64,000 nucleotides of DNA, taken from positions 6,014,001-6,078,000 of the forward strand of contig CM102287.1 in NCBI GenBank assembly GCA_046563655.1. Reading direction: 5' to 3'. Of this stretch, positions 1 through 11,237 are shown piece after piece (within the stretch, counting starts at the first letter, position 1; every line of letters begins with the position of its first letter). Below the pieces are notes generated by a model, which saw only the letters and a program-made list of their open reading frames with translations, had not been told where the DNA came from and did not search any database. The DNA is from Yuukianura sp. NJ FZ-2021 (Eukaryota). A program made the translations under genes and the position numbers.

Positions 1-1334
1 TCAATCGGTAGTTCGACGCTGGATTGCAAAGAAGCGGTTCAACAAACTCAAGAAGGCAGCACTTGCAGCCCAAGCGATTTACCGAGCATCTCAAAAGAAA
101 ATTCCGATAAAATTGCGAGGCCTTAAGACAAAAGAAGGTGAATCGATTGTAGTCTTTGGGGGTTACGACACTAATCGTCAAGCGGACGGCACAAACACGT
201 CTACCGCAATATTTCAACTGGACTCGGCTACTAATCAGTGGATCCTGATAGGACATTTGCCAGAACCCAGAGCTCGTCAGGGCACTGTACAAATTGATAA
301 ATCCTTATACATCTTCGGTAATCCTATTATCACAACCTAAACAAGAACTAACTAAGGAATTTGATTCAGAAAAATTCTGTTTCAATTTTTTTGGAACTTG
401 AATTTAGCCGATGATTGTAAAGATTGTAAAGGTGGAGATTTATGATTGTAAAGGTGGAGAGGACCGGTCAGCACTTACAAAGTTCGGAAAGTACAAGAAG
501 TGTGACACAACTTGGTCACTGGACGTGATTACTGGCGAATGGAAAGTGTTGAGCAGAATGACAACACCAAGATCGTATTTTGGATATGCTCTACTGCGTG
601 GAAAAATATACGTCTTTGGTGGATTAGACGAAAACGCACGGTAACAAAGTACCATAAAATAGCAAAATTCTATTCAAATGATCTCAACACTACGTCTCTT
701 TCACAGAGCACTGAGTACTTGCGAAGTTTATGATCCGAGGGAAGACACATGGAGCCCTTTCCAGTCTATGGATGGACCACGACTTGGCCCTGCAGTGGCC
801 AAAGTGGGCGAAAAAATCTGGATAGTTGGAGGATTTACTAAAGTTCCAGAAAATCCTATGCTGAAAACTACCATCATCTACGATGCAGCAAGAGACGAGT
901 AAAACTTAACTTATAAAACTAAAAATAACAATAAGGACCAATACTTGAAGTTTGACACATTTTTCAGATACGAATGGGGACCTGAGCTGCCTTTCGGTCG
1001 CTGCAACGGATCCCTCATAGTCTACTACGACGAACTAGTTTTGCTCGGAGGAGCTACCTACGTTGGAAACGGTCAAATCCAAAGTCTATCAGACGTTTCC
1101 CGCCTTGTACATGGAGAGTGGGTGACCGTCGGACATCTAAGAGGAGGACCGAGACATGGACACTGTGCAATTCGAGTCGGAAAGTATGTTCTACTCCTCG
1201 GTGGAGTAAATTCAGAAAGCATGACAGCTCTGGACCAAGTTGAAAGTTTCAGTCTGGAGAAATTTCGAGGTACAATCAAAGTGGCCAATTTGCCACTGAA
1301 ACTCTCCGGTCCCAGCGGAGTAGTAGTTCGTTAG
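1..1334 (+). CDS. Scruin-like IQ-motif + Kelch-repeat protein, 3' part (exons about <1-317, 454-640, 706-898, 969-1334)
   Basis: Frame 2 from the window start reads [13 protein letters not shown] (IQ-like motif). Kelch repeats follow ([46 protein letters not shown]), joined by GT-AG introns. Stop at 1332-1334 with AATAAA just downstream. An IQ neck before a Kelch propeller is the scruin architecture. Confidence 0.8.
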
Positions 1335-1385
1335 CAAATGACCAATTTTAAATATGAAATAAAATAAAACTGGGTAGAAACTGAC

Positions 1386-1920
1386 CTTCCAATGGGCAGT
1401 CCATTTCGAATAACACGTTGATTTCCTCGGATGTACTCAATATCGACGGTAATTGGTGCGGAATAAGTGATGTCCCTCAGGCGACATTCTTGTGGAGTCG
1501 TAGGTTTGGTGATGTTGAAGCCTTCCTCGATACATGGAAATCCGACATGAACGTTGGTGTACTTTAGGTAGAAAGTGGGATCCACATCAGATATTACGCG
1601 TGAGTTGGATAAAATTATCTTCTTGATTTCGATGTTGGCGAAGTAATTGAATGAATCAATGTGCTGGCGAACGAGACCTTTCAACTCCAAAAACGCTGGA
1701 ACCAGTTTCCATTTATCCTGTCAAACAAAAAACACAATGTTAAATGCAATTTTCCACATTATGAACTTTAACATGTTAACCAATTAATTATCATCTATCA
1801 ACGTACTTCAACAATGGTAGGCTGGTAATACTTCCGCTTTGCAGTGGGGATGTGTGGCGTTTCTGCTGGAGCCGGATCTTTCATAATCTCGTCCTGTTCG
1901 ATTCCTGTTCCGTCAGCCAT
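1386..1920 (-). CDS. POLR3B: RNA polymerase III second-largest subunit RPC2, first two coding exons (1920-1807, 1717-1386); the rest must lie left of the window
   Basis: Spliced translation [28 protein letters not shown]...[24 protein letters not shown]...LPIGR is the RPC2 N-terminus. Canonical donor at 1385. Confidence 0.92.
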
Positions 1921-2027
1921 TCTGAATAAACGTCTAAAAATCGTTATAAAAAAAAGTTTCAAATATGGGCGTCAATCAGAGCGAATATAGATTTATTACA
2001 ACGTAGATAATGAAGAAACCGATTTAA

Positions 2028-3299
2028 TTAGCCTGGTTTAGGAAAATCTAGAACATCTTCGTCGTTCAATTCTAATTTAGCCTGGAATTTCTCAACTGCA
2101 GTTCGGAAGCTCGATGACGAATATTCTGGCCAAGATATAAACTGGGTATACAAATCTAAGATCTGTGGTGGAGTAAGTGATCCAAACTGAGTGTAAATAG
2201 TAAATCCCTGGAGAATCAGTCGTGGACCACATCCAGGAATCCATTGTTCCAGTTGTGGAATTATAGGGTTCTTTCTTGAGTGAAGATTGTGTCGAATGAA
2301 GTACCACAAATTAATCAAGTTGTCCCTTCCAATCTTCTGGATGACTTCCATATTTGGACGAAAATGGATAAGAAACATTTCGTCGGGGTCATGTTGAATC
2401 CTCATGTGCCGGTACTTCTCGGCTGGATCTGTGATTTCAAAAGCTGCACTTCTAGATTCCCATGGTAAGAAGGCTTTTCGTGGCAATGTCGCCAGGATTT
2501 CATAATGGAACAGTAATTGAAAAAGAATTGTTGCCGGGCGATATAGAGTAAATAATTTTTCTGGGGAACTTGTGATGATCATCTTCGGTTTTGACGCAAG
2601 TGCAATATAAAATCGTATTCCAGCCCAGTCAAAGTCTTCTTCAAACAGCACGCGCTGAGTTACAAGTGAACGAATTGTAAAATTAAGGAGGCTGCTGGTT
2701 CCAGTAGATCCGAATATGTAGAGGTCGGGATTCGTCCCATGCTTAAGCTGAGCAAAAGTTGATGATACGCGGGACTCTCCATCCTGTTTGTCACCATGAT
2801 GCAGCCGTGGTAAAGACATAAAATTAACCGGAAGTATATTGATTTGGAACTTTTCAATCAACTTACTACTCAGCTGATCGTCCTCTTCGAAACAATTGAC
2901 ATAGTTGAAGCCAAGTTCATTCTTGAGTTTTGAAGTTAGAACTCCAAACCCGGGATTGATTTCTAGAACAGTGGCGTTCGAATTTAGCTGGTGTTGTTGA
3001 ATACTGGCAGTAATCTGGTCGGCGACGTCTTCTTGGACAAGATACAACGAAGTTTGAGATGTTCTTTTCACTGTAATGTAATTGGTAGCCCACGTATGGT
3101 TAGGATTCTGCTTGAATAAGGGTAGATTCTTAAAGTAGTCGTTGAATTCATTCTTGAGTCCTCGCTGAACCCCCTTTGATGTTTTCTTTTTCACGGCGAC
3201 ATTGGTTGTAGTAGCCATCCACCTCATTTGAGTAATGGTCTTCATAATCCTGTTACTGCCAAGGACGAGGAGTAACCACCTTCCAGGTATAGGATTCAT
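2028..3299 (-). CDS. TFB2M: Mitochondrial transcription factor B2 / dimethyladenosine transferase 2-like, intronless ORF
   Basis: 423-aa ORF with a basic mitochondrial-like N-terminus, SAM-binding VLEINPGFGVLT, LYRPATILFQL and IIPQLEQWIPGCGPRLI...FGSLTPPQILDLY typical of arthropod mtTFB2. Confidence 0.85.
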   Translation of the reverse strand: MNPIPGRWLLLVLGSNRIMKTITQMRWMATTTNVAVKKKTSKGVQRGLKNEFNDYFKNLPLFKQNPNHTWATNYITVKRTSQTSLYLVQEDVADQITASIQQHQLNSNATVLEINPGFGVLTSKLKNELGFNYVNCFEEDDQLSSKLIEKFQINILPVNFMSLPRLHHGDKQDGESRVSSTFAQLKHGTNPDLYIFGSTGTSSLLNFTIRSLVTQRVLFEEDFDWAGIRFYIALASKPKMIITSSPEKLFTLYRPATILFQLLFHYEILATLPRKAFLPWESRSAAFEITDPAEKYRHMRIQHDPDEMFLIHFRPNMEVIQKIGRDNLINLWYFIRHNLHSRKNPIIPQLEQWIPGCGPRLILQGFTIYTQFGSLTPPQILDLYTQFISWPEYSSSSFRTAVEKFQAKLELNDEDVLDFPKPG

Positions 3300-4296
3300 A
3301 GTTCTTGGTTAGTATCGATTTGCAGCTACGAGGATTCATTAAACCAGGAATAACTACTAAGTCTCCGGTCATTGTTTAATTAGCATAAGCTATACATAAG
3401 ACCAAGATGTTCTCATCTACGTACGATATCTCAAATTAAGAATCTATGATTTACTTACCCTCAAACCAAATTCATGGACTTGTACGGCAAATGCGAGCGT
3501 CAAGTTGACACTGCCAACTCAACAACGGATAGGATGTAGTGTGATCGTTATCGGGTGGCCGGGTCACCCGGTCATCTTCTCGTTTCTGTATTTTTCAATC
3601 AATTCGTGGTCGTCTTGTGGCGCGGCCCGGTTTCGCGTGGAGTCCAAGCCAAGGTAAAATCGGTCCATGTGTTTCTTTCATTTTCTGGATTGTGTGTTTG
3701 TTTGTGAAAATAGGAGAAAATACAGTTTATGCCACACCGTTGTAATCACAAACACGAACCTTCATAAAAATCATACATAGGTAGGTTAACGGAAAGTACC
3801 AGTGTAGTTATGGTTTTTGCCGGGGATTTTCTGCTCTCTCTCAGAAATTTGGAATATTCGAAGCTCTACCATCTAAGGCGATGTTTTATAAAGCGCTGGC
3901 ACAGTGTCTGTGGACAGTCTGAATTTAGTGTAAGTGCACACACACCCGACAATAATTAGTTGTAGTGGGCATGTCATCAAGTCAAAATTAGGTTACTCTA
4001 GGATTAGGTTAGGTATTTACGGTAGAATTTCAATATCTCATCAACCCGAAATTATAAACATTCCTGAGAGTTAGCAGAATCTCATCAAGGCGACGTTTTT
4101 AGGTGGTATTGCTGAGAATTTTTTTTTGCGATTTTTCAAAGGTCATCATGTTTACAACAATTTGTTATTTTCCACTTCAACCATATATCTTCAACCACGT
4201 TGACGTTTCAAATTTGCAGCCCGCCAAACTTGCAGTAAGTAGTAAGTTTCTTCAGCGTTAAATTAAATGAGCAAATTAGTAATTAACTGTCTGATC

Positions 4297-5020
4297 GGTT
4301 GAAGTAAACTTGGGCCGCGCGCCTGTCCCCACCCGTTCAAATTTTCGCGCTGCTTCCATTGTCTCCACCCAGTGTCCCCACCAAGTGGAGACATTTGTCC
4401 CCACTTGGTGGGGACAAATGTGTACCCACCAGCCTTACACCGACTCCTCCTAGCGGCTGGAGTGGAACTAGCAAATTCGAGCTGGCAACGTCGTACCGTT
4501 GCCCCAGTGCCCCACGCATGGTACAAGTAATAAATATAATGAGCGTAAATCAGAAAAACCTACAGACAAAATCACTATTGTGGGACAATCACAGACGTTA
4601 GTCACTATTGCGTGCTTAACCAAACCTAACGCCGCGCCTTCGGCGCGGAAACCTCATTGTACCAAGAAGTTTTGTGCTGAAACTTAACGAAGAAGTTTCT
4701 TTGCAGTATCCGCGCCGAAGGCGCGGCGTTAGGTTTGGTTAAGCACGCAGTAGTGATTACGTCTGTAAGTTTGACTGACTAAAAGTCCCGCAATTACATG
4801 TTCCCTGGTTCCTAGTGAACTTCTCTATAGCGGGTTTTTTACATTGAAGCAACACTACAACGTTGCCAGCTCGAATTTGTTAGTTCGACACCAACCGCTA
4901 GGGGGAGTCGTTGTTTAAGGCTGGTGGGGACACATTTGTCCCCACTTGGTGGGGACAATGGAAGCAGCGCGAACATTTGAACGGGTGGGGACAGGCGCGC
5001 GGCCCAAGTTTACTTCAACC
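4297..5020. mobile_element. Non-autonomous foldback DNA transposon (MITE), 724 bp, with 8-bp target-site duplication
   Basis: TIRs GGTTGAAGTAAACTTGGGCCGCGCGCCTGTCCCCACCCGTTCAAA at 4297, reverse complement ending at 5020. GTCTGATC directly repeated at 4289-4296 and 5021-5028. Further inverted pairing internally. Confidence 0.93.
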
Positions 5021-5524
5021 GTCTGATCTTATCGTTCTCGATAATTCACAAGCTAAGCAGTCAGTTAAATGACATTAAACTGAATTCCTGAGTTTAGTAG
5101 ATTGTGGTCGGATTCATATTCTATCGATTTGGACGATCAAACGGAGCAAAGGGAAGCCAGACAGATTTTCTTTCTCTTTAAATTATTACACGCCAACCAA
5201 CAAACCACCACCGGCACAACAGGTGAGTTGATGATGACGACGACGAGTCGAGGCTCGAGGGATCAGATCTGAACAAATGTACTTAGCATAGTGATTGATT
5301 CTTATATAGAATTATACTTATTTTAATAATCTTAAGTTGAGTGAGAGTGAGAGTGATTCAGAGGAGCTCAATAATCTGAAAGTTATTTTCTGTTATTCCT
5401 TAGGTCATCGCGTAGCAAAAACAAAAGCAGCTAATCTTACTTCATTACCACAGTTCGACGCGAACTGAAATTGGTTCTCGGGCGGTTGATCAAGCGTAGC
5501 GTGAACGAAGACGCAAAACGAAAA

Positions 5525-5959
5525 ATGGCAGTGACTACTACTGAGGAGATTCACGGAATCGAGAAGTTAAATTTGAATGATGGCATTGGCCACTCCACGC
5601 AGACGCAGTGCGGAATCAGTACACATTCCTTCCAGACAACGTTCGAAGACAATCCTGTTTTCTTTCTTGTTACCCGCCTTGGTAACAGTTTGATGATCTG
5701 GATAGGGGGAGCCGATGGTCGATTGAATGAACTTGCCTATTCTGCGAAGACCCCTTACGATAAGGGCCAACCAATATCAACACAACTCATCACTGCTGGA
5801 GATACAACCTCAAGCACGCTGGCAGCTAGGTTAACGAAGAAGCTTGGGAAACCTGTATTCGTTTCGTACAATTTATCTGAAACGTCCGACGGTAGTCTCT
5901 TCAAAGCTGTACAGTTGCGGCTTCTGGAAGAGCTGGCGAAACAACCGTCCAAATTCTAA
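5525..5959 (+). CDS. PSMG4: Proteasome assembly chaperone 4
   Basis: HSF...VFFLVTRLGNSLMIWIG...LNELAYS...STQL...SSTLAARLTKKLGKPVFVSYNL matches the PAC4 family. Upstream non-coding exon donors near 3653 and 5222, acceptor near 5403. Confidence 0.88.
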   Translation: MAVTTTEEIHGIEKLNLNDGIGHSTQTQCGISTHSFQTTFEDNPVFFLVTRLGNSLMIWIGGADGRLNELAYSAKTPYDKGQPISTQLITAGDTTSSTLAARLTKKLGKPVFVSYNLSETSDGSLFKAVQLRLLEELAKQPSKF

Positions 5960-6712
5960 GGGGGGAATCAAGCAGTAACAAAGCCATTGTTGATGTCTAT
6001 CGGTATTCAGAATTGCGTATGTCAAAAAATTCATACAAAATATCACCTTTGTAATTATGATTATTATTATTGTTTAGGAGTAAAGCTTATTTTCACTTTC
6101 TGAAGTTCCCAACCGAAACCAAAGATTTTGTGTGCTTTTTGGTCACGCCTGCAATCCATCATTATGGCTCGTTATTTTCCGCTACACTTATCACGAGCAC
6201 ATCAAGCAACGCAAAAAACGAAGTCTGAACGTTCTAAAGAGTGCCATAAAAACAAAGTTGCACAGGGGGCTACACTACTGACTGACTACTGCAGTGTCCT
6301 TGAGTTGAGCGTCCGAGTGAACTTTTGGCCCAATCCTGTGGTTCGTTTAACTTGAGCGAAAGTTCACTCGACAGTTGGCTGTGGTCCATGATCAAATTAA
6401 TTTGATCTCAATAATTCTTTAATTGGAGTTAAGAGTGAGAGATGATGATTAGGTCGAAGAAAGTGAAGTGAACAAACTTTACTTTTTCATTAAGTGAGAA
6501 TTTGTTTTCGGTTGGATGAACTCCCCTGCGCTTTTCTTTAGTACTGTTACTTCTTGTTTTTGGCGTTACTTGATACCTTGTGGCAAAAGAAACGATACAA
6601 TTAAGGTCCATTTTCTCAGTCGTTAAATAGATCAACTCTCTTCATCTAACTTCTTCAATCATCATCTTCTTCTCAAGGAAATTGGTTGTGAGGGTGTCGG
6701 ATAATATTGGCA

Positions 6713-8897
6713 ATGATGAAGGGACTACCAATTCTTCTAGTAAGATTTAATTTTATTTCCAAGAAGATTTTGTGGTATTAGTTCTAACTTTTTTTTTTGT
6801 TCCAGGTCACAACGTTGAGTTTGTGCCTTGCCAAGCCCCAGGCTAATCACCGATTTCCAGATATTTTGGCTCCTCTGAGGGGAATGTTTGGAGCTTCTCG
6901 TGGAAATCATGCTCCGCCAGATAGAAATTTGCAACATGACTCCACTGGAGCAGAAACAAGACGACCTGGCGGACCGCATCCCCTAGAGGAAGGTGGTGAA
7001 AGTTTCCGGCCATATTTCCCGCAGTCGTTTCAAAATTCACCGTACGAAAGCCCTGGATTAGGTGCTGAGCGACGGCCAGAATTTAAACTGGAGCCATTGA
7101 GGCCTCAACTGCCACCACACCCAGAAGGACGACCGCTGCATCACTTTCACCCAGAGACTCGGTCTTCCCCTCAATTTGCTCCGGATCACGGCAGGCCACA
7201 GCCTGAATTTACTCCAGAAGGCAGACCACCACCGCCACAGTTTAGGGCCGAGAGCCCGCCACTCCCAAGATATACTCGAGAAGGAAGATCACCTTACCAG
7301 TTTAGTCCGGAAGGCAGACCTCCTCCACAGTTCGGTTCAGGTTCACCACCAGAATTTAGCCCCGACAGCAGACCACCACCGGAGTTTATACCAGAAGGAC
7401 GACCTCTGGCTCACTTTTATCCGGAAAACAGATCTCCACCGCAGTTTAGTCCCGAAGATTCTCCACAGTTTCATCGCAGACCCACAAGACAGCACCGACC
7501 ACCAATTCTTCAGCATCCGCATCAACATCCGTCCCATGGATTCCCAGAATACGCACCACAACAGCAGAATTTAAACGATGAAAAGTCAACTGGGTTTACT
7601 GACTTTGCTTTCAACCCAGCCGACTTTGACCGTGCCATCAACTTTGGTGGCAGCGATGAGCGAAGGCCATTCAGTGGAGAGCGACGTGCTACCACCTTTG
7701 GTAGTGGTGGCAGCAATGACCGAAGCTCATTCGGTGCAGAGCGACCTTCATTTCACCCAGCGAGGCCAATCTCTTTTGGAGGCGCTGGATATGGACAAGA
7801 CACTCAAGATTATCCTGAACAGTTCTCGCGGTCACCACCAGGCGTAGGAAGAGAAGCTTTGAATGATCTGCAGAGAGGAAGCAGCGGCAACGGAGAAAAA
7901 GTCGTATATTTCGATGATGTCTACCGACAGCCTCCTGGAAATCTTCCATTGAATACACCTCGACTTAACCAGGGAGCAGGAGACTCAAATAAAAGACCAA
8001 TCACTACGCCATTGTCACATAGTCTATCGACGTCAAAATTTCGAGCATCGCCAACCATTCTTAGAGAAATTGGAAGCAGTCAAAGCGAAAACCGTGCAGT
8101 CAAGGCTCCAGTTTTCAAACCAAAGTCGCAGGGAGACGGCAGTGTGCATTATGGAAAGTCATTGCCATTGCTCATGAGCGGGTCATCTACAAGTCCACCA
8201 GCAATTGTTAAACCCAATGAGAAGCATGAAAAAACTGCGGATTCAGTTCCTTCCCCTTCGTTTCATCAACGAAAAGCTAAGTGGAATGGAGAAGAACCAA
8301 TTGCGGTAAGCATTTTCGGCTGCAAATGCCAAATCAAACAAGTTTTAATTTAAATGAAAATATTTATATAAATTTTCTAGGCTGCTTCTGGACATGGCGC
8401 TGGAATTGAAAATTATGGAGGAAATGATCGAATCTTGTACCATGTAGCAGGTATAACATGAATTTAAAAAAAAAACTTTTCTAAACGTTCAATGGAAAAC
8501 TGGGAGTTCTTCATTTATCATTTTGTTGCAGGACATGCAGGGCCATATTCATACAGTAAGAATTTTCAAACATTTTTGTTTTTGATTTTCTATTATTTTG
8601 ACGAATCTTGAATTTTTCTTAATTTTTTTGTAATTGCAGGATTTGGGTACGATACTGGATCAGGGTGAGGCTAAAAAACAAAACTGCACAGTACAAAATC
8701 GTTTAAGCAGGGTTTATCAGGTGCTAAGATCAACTAATTGTGTTTACAGGTACAATCGCATGTTTCGCCATGAAGAAAAAGATGGAAATGGATACGTTAA
8801 AGGGAAGTATGGATTCCATGACAAGTCAGGGAAGCTCCAAGTCATCAACTATTCAGCGCATCCTACAGGAGGCTTCCATTCTGAACGAGCACACTAG
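6713..8897 (+). CDS. Secreted Pro-rich cuticular protein with C-terminal R&R chitin-binding domain (6 exons)
   Basis: Signal peptide MMKGLPILL|VTTLSLCLA, about 11-aa repeats (FSPEGRPPPQ-like), and spliced C-terminus YRFGYDTGSGYNRMFRHEEKDGNGYVKGKYGFHDKSGKLQVINYSAHPTGGF. Confidence 0.85.
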
Positions 8898-9207
8898 TCT
8901 TTTCTAATTGATTATAGGCCTAAATTGTTACTGACCAGTTGTTACTGTTTGAAAATTAAATGGTAAAGTCGTTTTTGGTATTAAGTTGTAAAAATTTGAA
9001 GCGAGGAAGAGCAAGTGACTTGGATGGGTGAGCACTGTTCCTTAGCAGACACACCCATTCAATTGCTTACTGTCGCTGGGAATTAGTTAATCTGATGCCC
9101 TTCACACGCCGAAAGTACTTGCCTATAAGTTCTGTCTTTCTTCCTGATCCTGTCTACCAGTTGAGCAGTGAAACCGACACGGTGTATCTACTGTCCAGCT
9201 TTTCAAA

Positions 9208-11237
9208 ATGGCTCGGATAAGGCGGAGACGCCTCATTCTAACGGTAAGCTCAAAATATTTTTTGAATTTCATTTTGGTTGCGTTTTTGGGAGAATTACAG
9301 ACGTGAATCAACTTTTTAATAGTGAAGTTACGTTAGGAATTTGAAACAATTTTTTGATCGACGTTTTTGAATGTTTTCAGGTGCTGCTTTTATTCTTCGT
9401 CGGCACGGTGCTTGGAACGCCGCCTTCTGGAGCCGTAACTGAAAACTTCTACAGTTACAGACAGGACTTTGACGATGACCTGGGAGAGTACAACAATGAT
9501 GGTTATGAGCGGAAGATTGCGTCTGCGCGAGGAGATTTCAACTACGAAGATGATGACAGCGATAGCAGATACAGAGGAAGTGACGACTGGGTGGCCGGAA
9601 GTCGTCGTGGTTGGTCGACTCCTTCCTCTTCCTTTGCCTTCAACCGAATTCGTCCGAGACCTAGCCGACCGCCGCCGAGTTTTCAAAAAGTCACGACCGG
9701 TTGGGACGAAGAGGAAGCCCATCCGTGGTCACCGCCGCCTCCAAGACGCAAACCGTCGTATGTCGTCAAAGTCCGGCGACCGGTCAAGAAAGATCCTGGT
9801 AAGTAAACTGAATTGTACTAAGGCGTCTCATTTCGAATCGCTTCTAAACGCTGAATTTGATAGTCGGATGGTGGCCTTAGTTAGTTTTTTAGATCACGTT
9901 TGAATTTTGTTGACAAGTATTTAGAAGTTGTTAATGCAGAAATAGATTGATGCTGTAGGCTGAGTTGTGACAAAGTGTACCGACGGTCAATGACCATGGC
10001 TGGAATTGACCACGGCCACCACCGACTTGACCTGACTTGACACAACTGCCTTAACCGTGACATATTCAATGTGCCCTTATGTTGTAGTATTTGTTTTTCT
10101 TCCTCCACCTCCTCCAGCCTGGATTTACTTTCGACCGCCGAATCCTGGACGCCATGCTCCTGGCTGGAATAGACCGACTGACGCAGGCTCTCCTTTGCCA
10201 TCCAGAAGACCTCCGCGGCCAGACAAGGTCAGTTCCTGGGAAGAAGATCCAACTGCCGGAAGTTACCCCAAGGACGCCTCCTATTCATTTGCATACGATG
10301 CAGGTATGGGAAACTACAAAAATATTGTAAAAATGCAGGAAATGGAAGGCAATGACTACATTTATGTTCTCATCCTCTTAATGGCAAATATTTGAGCAAG
10401 TTGTCTCTACTCATCATAAAATAGAAAACAGGTAATTAAGTTTTGTTTAATTGCTTTTGAATAATTTTAGGTGATCATGAACGCAGTGAGTACGCCGACC
10501 CATGGGGAACTGTGAGAGGATCGTACAGCTACATTGGTAAAATTGTTGAATTTTACTATCATTTTAATTCAAAATACGAATCTTAAAATTTTTTCGTGTT
10601 AAAATTTTCTTTAAAATTGTTTCTGAATTGTTTCTGATGAATTTTTTCCTTAGATCCAACTGGTGTGAGACGGACAGTTCACTACACCGCTGGAGCCGGC
10701 ACTGGATTCAAAGTACTCAAGTCCCAACCATCAAATTTGATCGAAAACGTCTACCGTGACCCAGTAGTTGTGCGCAGAAAGCCGTCTGCTTTTGTATACC
10801 ATCTTCATCCCGATGGTGGTTGGAAACCGTGGGAAGGTCGCAAGGAATCTACAATCAAGGAGAAACCAAGAACATCAGTGCCCTTGACTACTGGTGAACC
10901 GGAAGAGGAATTGGCTTTGGACGAAACACGTTATGAGCCACAAGCACCCCTCCAGCACAGGAAGCATTCAGAAGATCCTCCACGCCGTCGTCATCACGAT
11001 CACGACTTGCCAAGGCGAAGTGACGTCGAGGAGGACACGACTGTTGACATACGGGGATACGAAGGGGGATACGGAGACAGAAATCCACTGGTGGTTGTAG
11101 ATGACAAGAAAATTTCTCCGGGGAAAATGATGTCGCAGCGCATGCGCCGTAAAAAAGTGGATCTCGATGACGATCGACTTCATCACAGAGCAAAACAATC
11201 TTCATCTAAACCACAACGACAAAAACCTTCTAACTAA
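9208..11237 (+). CDS. Secreted cuticular protein with central R&R domain (exons about 9208-9243, 9381-9798, 10118-10302, 10471-10537, 10654-11237)
   Basis: Signal peptide over exons 1-2. Spliced SYSFAYDAG|DHERSEYADPWGTVRGSYSYI|DPTGVRRTVHYTAGAGTGF matches the R&R consensus. Confidence 0.85.

Noticed and set aside
3985..4015. TTAGG-like motifs here and near 13705, 18925 and 22520 as interstitial telomere or telomerase template
   Set aside because: Only 2-3 degenerate units each, usually within repeat relics.
4263..4687. Several overlapping 60-87 aa ORFs
   Set aside because: They lie within the GC-rich palindromic MITE and show no transposase or other protein motif.
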